Virus record (IMG/VR): IMGVR_UViG_3300038393_001444
Location: 1-64,000 of that record
Direction: 5' to 3' (one strand)
Origin: a virus
Length of the DNA stretch: 64,000 nt
Shown: piece after piece, positions 51,801 to 61,639 of the stretch
Layout of the letters: each line of letters starts with the position of its first letter
How positions within the stretch are numbered: the stretch's first letter is position 1
The notes under the pieces: generated by a model
Database searches by the model: none
What the model saw: the letters and a program-made list of their open reading frames with translations, nothing else
Told to the model about the DNA's origin: nothing
Translations under genes and position numbers: made by a program

Positions 51801-53266
51801 TGGCCAAGGTACGCCAGCCGAAGATCCAGATCTGGCTGCAGAAGAATGTCAGCCGCACGATGCTCGCCGGCGGGGTGCCGGCGTCGCAGCGCTATTCCGG
51901 CCGCGCGCCGGTGGTCGATCTGTCGCCCTACCTCGGCGACCATGGCGCGGTGCGGGTGATGAAGTCCGTTCGCAGCGCCGCCGGCAGCTTCTCGATCACG
52001 CTGGCCGATCGCGTCAATCCGGACGGCCTGGATTCGATGTACGGCCTGATCGAGCCGATGGACATGATCGAAATCCGGCTGGTGTCGGATGCCTACCTGA
52101 TCGGCGCGCAGACGAATTTCCCGGTGCTGATGCGCGGCTTCGTGTCGGACGTGTCGCGCAGCGAAGGCATGGATGGGCAGGGCAAGCCGCAGCGCTCGGT
52201 CACGATCACCGGGCAGGATTACGGCAAGATCTGGCAGATCCAGCAGCTGTTTTTGATGCCATTCCTGCCGGCCGACGCCACGGCAATGCTGTCGAGTTTC
52301 CCGTTTTTCGCGCGCTTCGGCATCGGCGGCGATATCCAGCCGGCCGCGACCTTCGCGCAGAGCGTGGTCGACAAGCTGCTGAATCCCTATCTGGCCAGCA
52401 TGAGCAAGGAAGATATCTCGCCGGTGCAGCTGCTGGGCACCGATATCTCGGTAACAGACGGCGCGGTGTCGCCGTTCGGCCTGGGCGGCTGGTCCGGCGG
52501 CTCGGTGTATGCGCTTCTGATGCAGTTCGGCGATGTGGGCCCCTGGAATGAGCTCTTCATCGAGGATCGGGATGACCGCCCGTATCTCGTCTATCGGCCG
52601 AACCCGTTCATGAGCGCGGACGGCAGCGAATTCATCCTGCCGCAGGCAACCGAGAACGGCCCGGGGTTTATCCCGATCACCGCCTCGGACGTGATGGGGC
52701 TGCAGGCCACGCGCAGCGATTGCGATCTCGCCAACTATTTTTGGGTGGATGCGCCGACCTACGCGATGACGCGCCCGGAGATCCAGCGCCTGGACACGTA
52801 TCAGGGCGATCCGGAATCGCTGTTCGTCACCAATTACGGCAACGTCGATCCCACGCTCTACGGCACCCGGCGCATGACCGAGCAAACCCAGCAGGCCAAT
52901 CCCGCCGATGTGCTGCAGGGTGTCGGCCAGCCGGCCGGCGCGGCGCGCGATGCGGCCAACCTCACGGCGGCGCAGTGGATCACGCGCCGGCGCAAGCAGC
53001 TGATCGATCAGAACCGCGACAACGTGATGTTCGAGCGCGGCGCGATGCGCCTGAAGGGCAACCATTTGATCCGCGCCGGCAAGTATGTGCGGCTGGCGCG
53101 CGGGCGCATGGTGTCGGATTACTATGCTGTTGCCGTCACGCACGACTACCTGCCGTTCGGCCATTACGTGACCTCGGTGCAATTCGAGCGCGGCACCGGT
53201 TTCATCGATCGGGCGCAAATGGCCGCCCCTGGTTACTCGGAAAGGGCTGTGACCGATGTTGAATAA
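51800..53266 (+). CDS. baseplate hub protein
   Basis: AGSFSITL, RGFVSDV.R, ITGQDYGK, YY..AV.H; position. Confidence 0.75.
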   Translation: MAKVRQPKIQIWLQKNVSRTMLAGGVPASQRYSGRAPVVDLSPYLGDHGAVRVMKSVRSAAGSFSITLADRVNPDGLDSMYGLIEPMDMIEIRLVSDAYLIGAQTNFPVLMRGFVSDVSRSEGMDGQGKPQRSVTITGQDYGKIWQIQQLFLMPFLPADATAMLSSFPFFARFGIGGDIQPAATFAQSVVDKLLNPYLASMSKEDISPVQLLGTDISVTDGAVSPFGLGGWSGGSVYALLMQFGDVGPWNELFIEDRDDRPYLVYRPNPFMSADGSEFILPQATENGPGFIPITASDVMGLQATRSDCDLANYFWVDAPTYAMTRPEIQRLDTYQGDPESLFVTNYGNVDPTLYGTRRMTEQTQQANPADVLQGVGQPAGAARDAANLTAAQWITRRRKQLIDQNRDNVMFERGAMRLKGNHLIRAGKYVRLARGRMVSDYYAVAVTHDYLPFGHYVTSVQFERGTGFIDRAQMAAPGYSERAVTDVE

Positions 53267-54101
53267 TGCCGTGACGATCGGCGTGGTGGTCGCCGCCTAT
53301 CCGCAGGGAAATGCGGTCGATATCCTGCTGCCGCACGATGGCAGCCGGCTGTTCTCGGTGCCGGTAGAAGTGCCCAGCGGCTCGTCTGGTACCGGCGTGG
53401 TGGATCTGCCGGATATCGGCCTGCCGCTGGATGAGTCGCGCTGGCAGCTGACGGCCAAGCCGGAATACTATGTGCGCGCGGTGGTGCACTTCCCGAATGG
53501 ACTGCCGGTCGTGTCGGGTTTCCTGCTGCCGCCGGATTCCCAGCTGCTGTTCACCGACAAGAACCGGCGCATCGTGCGCCATGCGTCCGACGTCTATACG
53601 AGCCTGGATCAGAACGGCAATTTCGAGCTCTTCCATCCGAGCGGCTTCTATGTGCGCATCGGCACGTCCACGGCCCACGAGGATCTGACGGCCAAGGATA
53701 TCGGCAAGAAGTGGGCGATCAAGAAAAACACCGGCAATGCGGTGCATTTCTTCGTGTCGCAGCCGAATGGCACGTCGATCGATCTCGCGCCGGATGGCTC
53801 GCTGAAGATCAACACCACGTCCACGGTGAACGTCACGGCCGGCGGCGCGGCCACGGTCAAGGCCCCATCGGCGACGATCGATTCCCCGTCCACGCACTGC
53901 ACGGGTACGCTGCAGGTGGATGGCAAGATCACCGGCACCGGCGGCTTGGCCATTTCCGGCGGCGGGAGCGGCGCGGCGGCCACGATCACTGGCACGATGG
54001 CGGTGACTGGCGGTGATGTGACGGCCGATAGCATCAGCCTGAAGGGTCACAAGCATGGCGGCGTCCAGACCGGCAGCGGCACCACGGGAACGCCGCAGTA
54101 G
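53256..54101 (+). CDS. baseplate central spike (gpV/gp45-like)
   Basis: C-terminal SLKGHKHGGVQTGSGTTG. Confidence 0.85.
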   Translation: MLNNAVTIGVVVAAYPQGNAVDILLPHDGSRLFSVPVEVPSGSSGTGVVDLPDIGLPLDESRWQLTAKPEYYVRAVVHFPNGLPVVSGFLLPPDSQLLFTDKNRRIVRHASDVYTSLDQNGNFELFHPSGFYVRIGTSTAHEDLTAKDIGKKWAIKKNTGNAVHFFVSQPNGTSIDLAPDGSLKINTTSTVNVTAGGAATVKAPSATIDSPSTHCTGTLQVDGKITGTGGLAISGGGSGAAATITGTMAVTGGDVTADSISLKGHKHGGVQTGSGTTGTPQ

Positions 54102-54109
54102 TGCCCCTG

Positions 54110-54124
54110 TCGTGATGCAACACT
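54110..54124 (+). promoter_or_regulatory. putative late promoter TCGTGATGCAACACT (ATG 6 nt downstream)
   Basis: Consensus match. Confidence 0.8.
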
Positions 54125-54130
54125 TGGGGC

Positions 54131-55276
54131 ATGACCGCCCCATCCAGCCAGAAAGCCGATGCCCGGCCGATCTCCTTCGTATTTTGGGATCGGGCCGGCG
54201 GCGCGCAGCCGCAGACGATGACGCTGGCCATCCGGCCGGAAGAGCTCACGCGCGCCATGCCATCGCGCGCGGTGGTGCAGCAAACGCTGGGCGATCCGTA
54301 TGTCGATTCCTTCGGCGAGGGCCTGCCCACGATCACGCTGGCCGGGCATACCGGCTGGCGGCCGGGCCTGTCCTCGAGCGATCCTGGCGATGGTCTGGCG
54401 CGCTTCCAAGCCCTGAAGGAAATGGTGTTCACGAACTGGCACCGCCGGCGCGCCGCCGCGATCGAGGCGGGCCTTGATCCGGATGGCGTCGAACTGACCT
54501 TCTCCGATGCGCTGGACAATTTCTCGGTGCGCGTCATGCCGATGCAGTTCGTCCTGCGCCGCTCGCGCAGCCGCCCGCTGCTTTGCCAGTATCAGATCCA
54601 GCTGGTGGAGCTCACTACCGAACTCGATGCGCAGCCGCTGGAAAAAAAGCTGTCGGCCCTGGAAAAGCAGAAGCTCGGGCTGGCGTCGCTGACCGACTCG
54701 ATCAACAAGATCGCCGGCCAGATCAACAACGTGAAAGCCTGGATCGATGCCACGCTGGTCGCGCCGGTCAAAGCCTTCATGCAGCAGACGCAGGCGCTGT
54801 TCTCGGCGGTCAAAAACGTGGTGGCCGCCGTCGATGGCGTGGCCGGCTCGCTGATCTCGGTGGCGCAAATGGCCGCGCAAGCCGGCGCGAACTTGTTCCG
54901 CTCGCTGGCCACGGTCGCCGCGCTGCCGTCGCTGGCCAAGCAGCGCTTAATGGAGATCGGCAGCGCCTACGTCAACGTGTTTTGCGTGATGAAGAATGCG
55001 CTGCTGCAGAAAGTAACTTTCCAGTCCTTCGACGGTATCCTGGGCGCGTCCGGCTGCTCGTCCACGGCCGGCGGCGCGCCGCTGTCGGCCTTCGGCAGCG
55101 GCAACACCTTCGCCTCGGTGCTGCCGCTGGCGTCGAAGCTGCCGGTGTCGCTGACCTCGGGCGCGCAGAGCGGGCTGGCCAAGCTGGCGCAGGCCGATAT
55201 CGTCAATGCGCCGCTGTCCTCGGGTGATCTGAAAAGCGCGGTGACCGCCGCCTCGACCATGGTGGTGACGGCATGA
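54131..55276 (+). CDS. baseplate/tube initiator-like protein
   Basis: IRPEEL...QQTLG...D.FG.G...ITL.G.TG...RS.SRPLL..Y. Confidence 0.65.
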   Translation: MTAPSSQKADARPISFVFWDRAGGAQPQTMTLAIRPEELTRAMPSRAVVQQTLGDPYVDSFGEGLPTITLAGHTGWRPGLSSSDPGDGLARFQALKEMVFTNWHRRRAAAIEAGLDPDGVELTFSDALDNFSVRVMPMQFVLRRSRSRPLLCQYQIQLVELTTELDAQPLEKKLSALEKQKLGLASLTDSINKIAGQINNVKAWIDATLVAPVKAFMQQTQALFSAVKNVVAAVDGVAGSLISVAQMAAQAGANLFRSLATVAALPSLAKQRLMEIGSAYVNVFCVMKNALLQKVTFQSFDGILGASGCSSTAGGAPLSAFGSGNTFASVLPLASKLPVSLTSGAQSGLAKLAQADIVNAPLSSGDLKSAVTAASTMVVTA

Positions 55277-55893
55277 GCAGCGTGTTCGATCGTGAGCGCA
55301 TCGGCTTCCGGTTCGTGGAAGTGCAGCAGGATGATTCGCTGCAGCTGATCGCCTTCCGCGCGCTGGGCGACGCGGCGCGCTGGACCGAACTGATCGCCTA
55401 CAACAACCTGATCCCGCCCTTCGTTACCAACGACGCCACGATCACGGCGGCCGGCGTGCTGCATCCCGGCGACTTGATCATGGTCCCGGCGGTCACGGCG
55501 GCAGCGGCCGCCGCGCAGAACGTCGGCGACGATGTGCTTCTGACCGATGCGGCGCTGGTCAACCGCCGCCTGGGCGCGGCCAATGGCGATTTCGCGCTGG
55601 TGTCGGGGCTGGCCAACCTGAAGCAGGCGCTGATCAATGCGCTGGATACCGATCGCGGCGACCTGATTTTCCATCCGCAGTACGGCTCGCTGATCCGCCG
55701 CATCATCGGCGCGGTCAACGGCCCCACGGCCACGCTGCTCGCGGCCGAGTATGCGAAGGGGCCGGTGGCGGCCGATCCGCGCATCCTGCGCGTGACCTCG
55801 GCGGTGGCGGTGGCCGATGGCGACGCCATCCGCGTCACGATCGAAGCCGAAAGCGCGCTCGGGCGGCAAGTCGCCGTGGATGCAACTCTGTAA
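55273..55893 (+). CDS. LysM-like plus gp25/W-like baseplate wedge protein
   Basis: VQQDDSLQLIA...LGD..RW..L...N; NLKQAL...HPQYGS...DPRI. Confidence 0.75.
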   Translation: MSSVFDRERIGFRFVEVQQDDSLQLIAFRALGDAARWTELIAYNNLIPPFVTNDATITAAGVLHPGDLIMVPAVTAAAAAAQNVGDDVLLTDAALVNRRLGAANGDFALVSGLANLKQALINALDTDRGDLIFHPQYGSLIRRIIGAVNGPTATLLAAEYAKGPVAADPRILRVTSAVAVADGDAIRVTIEAESALGRQVAVDATL

Positions 55894-55905
55894 GGAACGG
55901 GCAAC

Positions 55906-57021
55906 ATGGCATTTCAGACCAAGGACTTCGTATCGATCGCCGCATCCATGATCAACTGGATGAAGGCCGCACAGCAGAAGGTCACCGATTTTTCCATCGG
56001 CTCGGTGGTGCGCACGATGCTGGAATCCATCGCCGCCGAGATCGAGCAGCTGTACCAGCAAATGTTCATCGGCCTGAAAGAAGCGATTCCGGTGGCGGTG
56101 TACAACACCTTCTCGTTCACCAAGATCGGCGCGATCCCTGCGACCGGCACGATCCGCGTCACGGTCACGTCCTCGGCGTCGAGCCTGCTGATCCCGTCCG
56201 GCACTGCCTTCGCGCTGGTCACGGGCGCGCAGTACCTGTCCACGTCGGACGTGACGATCGCCGCCGGCAACACCTATGCCGATGTGCCCGTGGCTGCCGC
56301 CGTGCCCGGCGCAGCAGGCAATCTCACGGCCGGGCAGACGTTCACCGCCACGCCATCGCCGTCCGGCTTCGTGTCGGCGTCCAATCTCGCGCCGATCCGC
56401 AATGGCAGCGATGCCGAATCCGATGATGCGCAGAAGGTGCGCTTCAATGCCTACCTGCAGAGCCTGTCGCGCGGCACGATCGCCTCTTACCTGTACGCGC
56501 TGAACTATCTTGTGTCGCTCACGGATGCCGCCGGCAACGTCACGGAAAAGGTGGCGAGTGCCGTGGTCATCGAGCCATGGCTGACCGACAACACCCAGCC
56601 GGTGGCGAACGTGAACGTGTATATCCATAACGGCGTCGGGTCCACCAGCGCGGCCCTGGTCGCGCAGGCGATCAAGATCCTGACCGGGTACACGGATGCG
56701 AGCGGCAACAAGATCCCGGGCTACAAGGCCGCCGGCGTGAACCTCACCCTGGTGGCGGCTACCGAGCAGGCGGTCAACGTCACGGCCACGCTCACGGCGG
56801 TGTCGGGCTACGACAAGCCGACGCTGGTTACGGCCGCGCAGCAGGCGATCTACGGTTACCTGATCGGGCTGCCGATCGGTGCGCCGGCGCTGTTCGCCGA
56901 GATCGTGCAGCTGGCCATGGATATCCCGGGCGTCTATAACTTCGCGCTCACCGCGCCGGCGGCCGATACCACGCCGGCTTCCTCGGGCAAGATCATGCCC
57001 GGCACGATCACGATCAGCTGA
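55906..57021 (+). CDS. baseplate J-like protein
   Basis: GSV.RT..E, ATG.I, PG..GN, GSDAESD...R, AAGV. Confidence 0.85.
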   Translation: MAFQTKDFVSIAASMINWMKAAQQKVTDFSIGSVVRTMLESIAAEIEQLYQQMFIGLKEAIPVAVYNTFSFTKIGAIPATGTIRVTVTSSASSLLIPSGTAFALVTGAQYLSTSDVTIAAGNTYADVPVAAAVPGAAGNLTAGQTFTATPSPSGFVSASNLAPIRNGSDAESDDAQKVRFNAYLQSLSRGTIASYLYALNYLVSLTDAAGNVTEKVASAVVIEPWLTDNTQPVANVNVYIHNGVGSTSAALVAQAIKILTGYTDASGNKIPGYKAAGVNLTLVAATEQAVNVTATLTAVSGYDKPTLVTAAQQAIYGYLIGLPIGAPALFAEIVQLAMDIPGVYNFALTAPAADTTPASSGKIMPGTITIS

Positions 57022-57023
57022 CG

Positions 57024-58142
57024 ATGAAGCTCACGCAAAAACTGCTCGGGTTCTTCGGCCGGGTCTTTTCGAAGAACCCGGATGCCTTCCTGGCGCTGCG
57101 CTTGCGCTACAACGGCGGCATGTCCTGGGCGATTGCGGACGGCATGCTGACCACGGTCGTGTCCGGCGGCATCGGGAGCAATCTGTCGATCGATCTGACG
57201 CAGTACACGGTGCGCCAGCTGGTGGCGTTCCTGGCGGCGCAGCCCGGCTACTCGGTCGCCTACGCCGAGACGGGCCAGCTTGCGGATCTGTCGGCGCGGG
57301 TGCTGATCGATGGCGGCGCGAACATCGCCGATTCGAATGGCGACCACATTTCCGGCTACACCAACCTGTTGTGGGCCTTTGTCGACGCCGGCGGCGGGGA
57401 GCTCGAGCATGCGGCCGCGCAGATCGATCAAATGCTGCTGCAGCTGGACACGCATACGGCCAGCGCCGAGTGGCTGGACGAGCTCGGCGGCTATTACGGG
57501 GTGCCCCGGCTGCAGGGCGAATTCGACGCGCAGTATGCGCCGCGCATCATCGCCGAAGTGCTGCGCCCGCGCGACAACAACATCGCCATGGAGCTCGCGC
57601 TGCAGCAGTACACCGGGCAGCCGGCGCAGGTGGTCGACGTGGTCGAATACGGCAGCGGCACCGGGGTGTTCATCTACAACAGCGCCTATTCCTACAACGG
57701 CGCGAAGCAATACAACAGCGCGAGCCAGCCGATCTACGGCAAGTTCGACGTGGTGTATTCCTACGATCTGCTGGGCGGCACCGATCCGAACGCCTTCGCG
57801 CAAACGATCCGCGATCTGATCAACCGGCTGCGCGCGGCGGGTACGCACTTGCGCGCGATGAGCCTGCAGACGTCGGCCATCATGGATACGGTCACGCCGC
57901 CGACCGATGGCGGCGATCTGCAGTTCGCCGGCGCGCTGGCGCTGGGCGATACGGTCGCAACTCCTGGCGACTCCATGAGTTTGTTGCAAGCGGCCATGGC
58001 GGCGCTCGCCGATACGGTGGCCGCAAGCACGGACACGATCAGCTTGTCGATCACTTCCGGCGCGGTGTATGGCGGCAACCGCAGCTTCAACAGCGCCATC
58101 ACCTACAGCAACACCGGGACGCCGGCGGCGGAATCCTTCTAG
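57024..58142 (+). CDS. baseplate wedge protein (I-like)
   Basis: TAS.EWLD..G.YYGV.R..GE.D..Y..RI; AAGT. Confidence 0.75.
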   Translation: MKLTQKLLGFFGRVFSKNPDAFLALRLRYNGGMSWAIADGMLTTVVSGGIGSNLSIDLTQYTVRQLVAFLAAQPGYSVAYAETGQLADLSARVLIDGGANIADSNGDHISGYTNLLWAFVDAGGGELEHAAAQIDQMLLQLDTHTASAEWLDELGGYYGVPRLQGEFDAQYAPRIIAEVLRPRDNNIAMELALQQYTGQPAQVVDVVEYGSGTGVFIYNSAYSYNGAKQYNSASQPIYGKFDVVYSYDLLGGTDPNAFAQTIRDLINRLRAAGTHLRAMSLQTSAIMDTVTPPTDGGDLQFAGALALGDTVATPGDSMSLLQAAMAALADTVAASTDTISLSITSGAVYGGNRSFNSAITYSNTGTPAAESF

Positions 58143-58147
58143 CGCGG

Positions 58148-58162
58148 TCGTGATTCGATCAT
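58148..58162 (+). promoter_or_regulatory. putative late promoter TCGTGATTCGATCAT
   Basis: Consensus match; AGGAGG SD follows. Confidence 0.75.
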
Positions 58163-58185
58163 CGCGGCTATAGGAGGAAAGCCGC

Positions 58186-58629
58186 GTGAAATTAACCGAC
58201 GATGTGAAAGGCCCGACCGGGCGATTTGTGCTGAACGTGTTCAAGCACGGCCAGCTGATCGAACGCTTCGAAGAAGACAACTTGGTGGTGGATGCGTCCA
58301 AGCAGCCGCTGGCCAAGCTGCTCGGCGGCTCTGTTACCAATCAGTCCGTCACGCAAATCGCCTTCGGCACGAACGGCACGGCTCCCGCCAACAGCAACAC
58401 GGCGATCACGAGCCCCTACACCAAGGGCTTCGATTCGGTCACGTACCCGGCAAGCAATCAGGTGTCCTTCAACTTCTCGCTCGGCTCCACGGAAGACAAC
58501 GGCGTGGCCATCATCGAGTTCGGCCTGCTCACGGCTGCCGGTGCGCTGTTTGCGCGCAAGGTCCGGTCCTCGGCCTTGAACAAGGACACCGATATCTCTT
58601 TCACCGGCAGCTGGATCATCAGCTTCTAA
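58186..58629 (+). CDS. baseplate/tail-fibre attachment protein
   Basis: NLVV...IAFGT...EDNG..I.EFGL...LFARK...W.I.F. Confidence 0.7.
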   Translation: MKLTDDVKGPTGRFVLNVFKHGQLIERFEEDNLVVDASKQPLAKLLGGSVTNQSVTQIAFGTNGTAPANSNTAITSPYTKGFDSVTYPASNQVSFNFSLGSTEDNGVAIIEFGLLTAAGALFARKVRSSALNKDTDISFTGSWIISF

Positions 58630-58638
58630 GGATAGGCC

Positions 58639-59940
58639 ATGGCCAACATTGTTGAATCAGTCAATTACGATACCGGCGTCTATCAGATCGCCACGACCGA
58701 TCCGGTGCAGGGCGGCGCGGGTGGCATCGCCAACTTGGCCGCGCAGAATCTTGCGAATCGCACCGCGTACCTGAAGCAGCACCTCGACAACCTGGAGTCG
58801 GGCGCAACCATCCCCAGCACGGTCGCGCCGAAGAACTCGCCGGTGTTCACGGGTGATCCGCAGGCCCCAACGCCGGCGCTGGGCGACAACGACACGTCGA
58901 TCGCCACGTCGGCCTTCGTGCAGGGCACGGTCAACGGGGTGCTGAACAAGTCAGTCGCCGGCAGCGCCAACGTGACGCTGACGGCAATCGAAGCCGGCAA
59001 TGGCATCTGGATTCTGACCGGCGCACTGAACGCCAACATCGATGTGATCGTGCCGGGCACGTCCAAGCAGATGCTGGTCGTGAACCGCACGACCGGGGCC
59101 TATACGCTGCGCGTGAAAACCTCGGCCGGCGCGGGTGTGTATGTCATGCAGGGCATGCAGCAGGAACTGTTCTGCGATGGCACCGACGTGAAGGTGGCCA
59201 CGAACGATTTCTCGAATCAGGTGCTCGATCTGTCGGTCACGCAAAGCGCCTCGGCCGCGCAGTTCGACAACTCGCTGAAGCTGGCCAGCACGGCATTCGT
59301 GCAGCGCGCGCTGGGCAATATCGCCGGCCAAACGGTAATCAGCGGCAACGCGACGCTGACGGCGGCGAATGCCGGCCAGCTGGTCCTGTTCAATGGATCT
59401 TCGGCGTCCACGATTACGCTGCCGGCGGTAAGCGCCATGCCGGGCGGATCGCAGATTCACTTCATGAGCATTGGCACCGGCACACTGACGATTGCCCGCG
59501 CCGGCACCGATGCCATCAACGTGAACAGCGGCCAGAACGTCCAAATGACGCTGAGCAATGGCGACACCCTGACGCTGGAAAGCACGGGGTCCGTCTGGAA
59601 CGCCGTGGATGGTTCGGGCCAGCTGAAATATGCAAGCGTTTTCGGAGCATCGTTCGCGGCTGCCGGTTACCAGAAATTGCCTTCGGGTCTGATCATCCAA
59701 TGGTGCTATAGCACTTACCTGAATGTTCCGGCTGGCACGCAAGTTAATGCAATTACCAGTTGGCCGACTCCATTTCCGAACGCCTGCCTATGGGGTGGCC
59801 CGGTGTGCGAAGTTCCGAGCGGAACAAACATCAACGTGTTTCTGAGCACGTATGTTTCCAGCACCACCCAAGTGGGCGCGGCGATCAATAGCGCGTCGAC
59901 ACAAAACGTCACAGTCTATTTCATCGGCATCGGATATTAA
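58639..59940 (+). CDS. tail fibre protein
   Basis: LANRT.YLK, SPVFTG.P.APT, IAT.AFV repeats, GYQKLPSGLIIQW. Confidence 0.9.
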   Translation: MANIVESVNYDTGVYQIATTDPVQGGAGGIANLAAQNLANRTAYLKQHLDNLESGATIPSTVAPKNSPVFTGDPQAPTPALGDNDTSIATSAFVQGTVNGVLNKSVAGSANVTLTAIEAGNGIWILTGALNANIDVIVPGTSKQMLVVNRTTGAYTLRVKTSAGAGVYVMQGMQQELFCDGTDVKVATNDFSNQVLDLSVTQSASAAQFDNSLKLASTAFVQRALGNIAGQTVISGNATLTAANAGQLVLFNGSSASTITLPAVSAMPGGSQIHFMSIGTGTLTIARAGTDAINVNSGQNVQMTLSNGDTLTLESTGSVWNAVDGSGQLKYASVFGASFAAAGYQKLPSGLIIQWCYSTYLNVPAGTQVNAITSWPTPFPNACLWGGPVCEVPSGTNINVFLSTYVSSTTQVGAAINSASTQNVTVYFIGIGY

Positions 59941-59949
59941 GGGGCGCTC

Positions 59950-60510
59950 ATGTTTTATTTTTCCGCAAAGACCGGCGGCATTTACGATATGTCGTTTCAC
60001 GACTACGAATTGCCGGCCGATGCCGTCGAAATCACCGCCGAAGAGCGTGCCGCGCTATTCGCCGCGCAGCAATCCGGAAAGATCATTCAAGCCGATGCGG
60101 ACGGCAAGCCTGTCGCCGTGGATCGCCCGGCCGAAACACTGGCGGCGATGAAGGCGCGGCTGTCTGCGGCGATCGATTCCCTGGTCGAAGGCATTTACGA
60201 AAAATACACGAAATTCCAAGTCGCCTACACGCCGCGCGAAGCGGCCGCGCGCGCCTTCAAGGCGGCCGGCTATGTCGGCGATCCCGGCCTGTGGGTGACT
60301 GGCTTCGCGGGCCCGGCCGGGCTCACGAACCAGCAGGCGGCCGACAAGATCATCGCGCAGGCAGATGCTGCTTATGCCGCACTGCCACTGATCGATGCGC
60401 AGCGCATGCGCAAGTATTCGCTGGCCGCTGCCGATGGCATGGCGAACGCGCAAGCGCTGTATGACGATATCGTGGCGCAGATCGCCACGGCGGCCGCGAG
60501 CCTGCAATGA
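59950..60510 (+). CDS. tail fibre assembly protein
   Basis: YFS..TGG.Y...PADAVEIT.EE...Q.GK.I..D..G.P. Confidence 0.8.
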   Translation: MFYFSAKTGGIYDMSFHDYELPADAVEITAEERAALFAAQQSGKIIQADADGKPVAVDRPAETLAAMKARLSAAIDSLVEGIYEKYTKFQVAYTPREAAARAFKAAGYVGDPGLWVTGFAGPAGLTNQQAADKIIAQADAAYAALPLIDAQRMRKYSLAAADGMANAQALYDDIVAQIATAAASLQ

Positions 60511-61019
60511 ACTACGCCGCCGCGCGCGACCTGATCCAGGACGGCGACGTGGTCGTGGTCAAGCGCCGATCCAGCGCGCTGGCCGTGCTCACGCGGCTGG
60601 TCACGCGCTCGCCCTATACGCACACCGGCATCGCCGTGTGGAGCGGCGGGCGGCTGCTGCTGGTGCAGGCCAATGGCGGCGGCGTGAACGCGGCCCCGCT
60701 GTCGCAGGAAGCCGAATTCGCCTTCGACGTGTACGATCCGCCGGCCGGGCTGGCTCGCTCGGAGATCGTGCAAGCGGCATGGGATGCGATCGGCGCGCGC
60801 CTGTCGTATGCCATCGCGGATCTCTTCGAGATCTGGCTGTACCTGTGGTTCGGCATCCCGCTGCCGGAAAAGCCCGGCGAAGATCCGATCTGCTCGCTAC
60901 TCACGGCGCGCATCCTGATGGCCGCCGGCTGGGCCCCGGTCAATCTGCCGTCGATTCCCTGGCCCAGCGCCGTCGCGGATGCGCTCGGCAAGCCGCCGCG
61001 CCTGTCGGTGGTGCCGTGA
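60507..61019 (+). CDS. permuted papain-like (YiiX/YebB/YaeF-type NlpC/P60) enzyme
   Basis: IQDGDVV...TRSPYTHTGI...Y...ICS (His before Cys). Confidence 0.75.
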   Translation: MNYAAARDLIQDGDVVVVKRRSSALAVLTRLVTRSPYTHTGIAVWSGGRLLLVQANGGGVNAAPLSQEAEFAFDVYDPPAGLARSEIVQAAWDAIGARLSYAIADLFEIWLYLWFGIPLPEKPGEDPICSLLTARILMAAGWAPVNLPSIPWPSAVADALGKPPRLSVVP

Positions 61020-61600
61020 TGCTCGCGCGCTTTTTGATCCTGCTGCTGGCCGATCTGCTGGCCAACCTGCTCGGCTATCTGCTCAATCCTATCGTGGTGC
61101 TGTTCGGCGACGCCGCCGGCGCGCTGCCGCGCGCGCTCGCGTGGTTCGCCACGCCGGACGCCACGCTGGACGGCATGGGTGCGGACGGCAAAATCGAGCC
61201 GCGCTTTCTGGCCGCCACCGAATCCTGGCGCGGCGCGGATCTGCTGCCGAAGAGCCGTTGGCATCGCTACCTGTGCCGGGTGTGCTGGCTGTATCGGAAC
61301 AATGTGAACGGCTTTTCGACGGCCGTCACGGGCGCGCCGGGGCCGTTCTGGCTGCTGTCGCGGGATCTGCAGGGCAGTGAGCCGGCCGATCGCTATCCAG
61401 CGGCGAGCGGGCGCGATTATGCGGTCTGGCGCGGCAGCGATGGCCGCTCGTACTTCAGCTATCGCTATGTGCAGGACCGGGGCAACGGCAAATGCTTCGA
61501 AGCCTACGTGGGCTGGAAGATCAGCGAAACCGCGCCGCGCGCGATGCTGGTCTGCCGCTGGACGCCGATCCGCGAGTTTGAATCCACGCCGCCGGCGTAG
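61019..61600 (+). CDS. hypothetical protein with N-terminal membrane segment (LP..L.WF.TPD..LDG...WL.RN...GWK)
   Basis: TGATG coupling. Confidence 0.7.
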   Translation: MLARFLILLLADLLANLLGYLLNPIVVLFGDAAGALPRALAWFATPDATLDGMGADGKIEPRFLAATESWRGADLLPKSRWHRYLCRVCWLYRNNVNGFSTAVTGAPGPFWLLSRDLQGSEPADRYPAASGRDYAVWRGSDGRSYFSYRYVQDRGNGKCFEAYVGWKISETAPRAMLVCRWTPIREFESTPPA

Positions 61601-61618
61601 GCTTGATTCCGAGCAATG

Positions 61619-61633
61619 TCGTGATGGGATGAT
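61619..61633 (+). promoter_or_regulatory. putative late promoter TCGTGATGGGATGAT (ATG 6 nt downstream), lysis cassette
   Basis: Consensus match. Confidence 0.75.
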
Positions 61634-61639
61634 TGGTGC

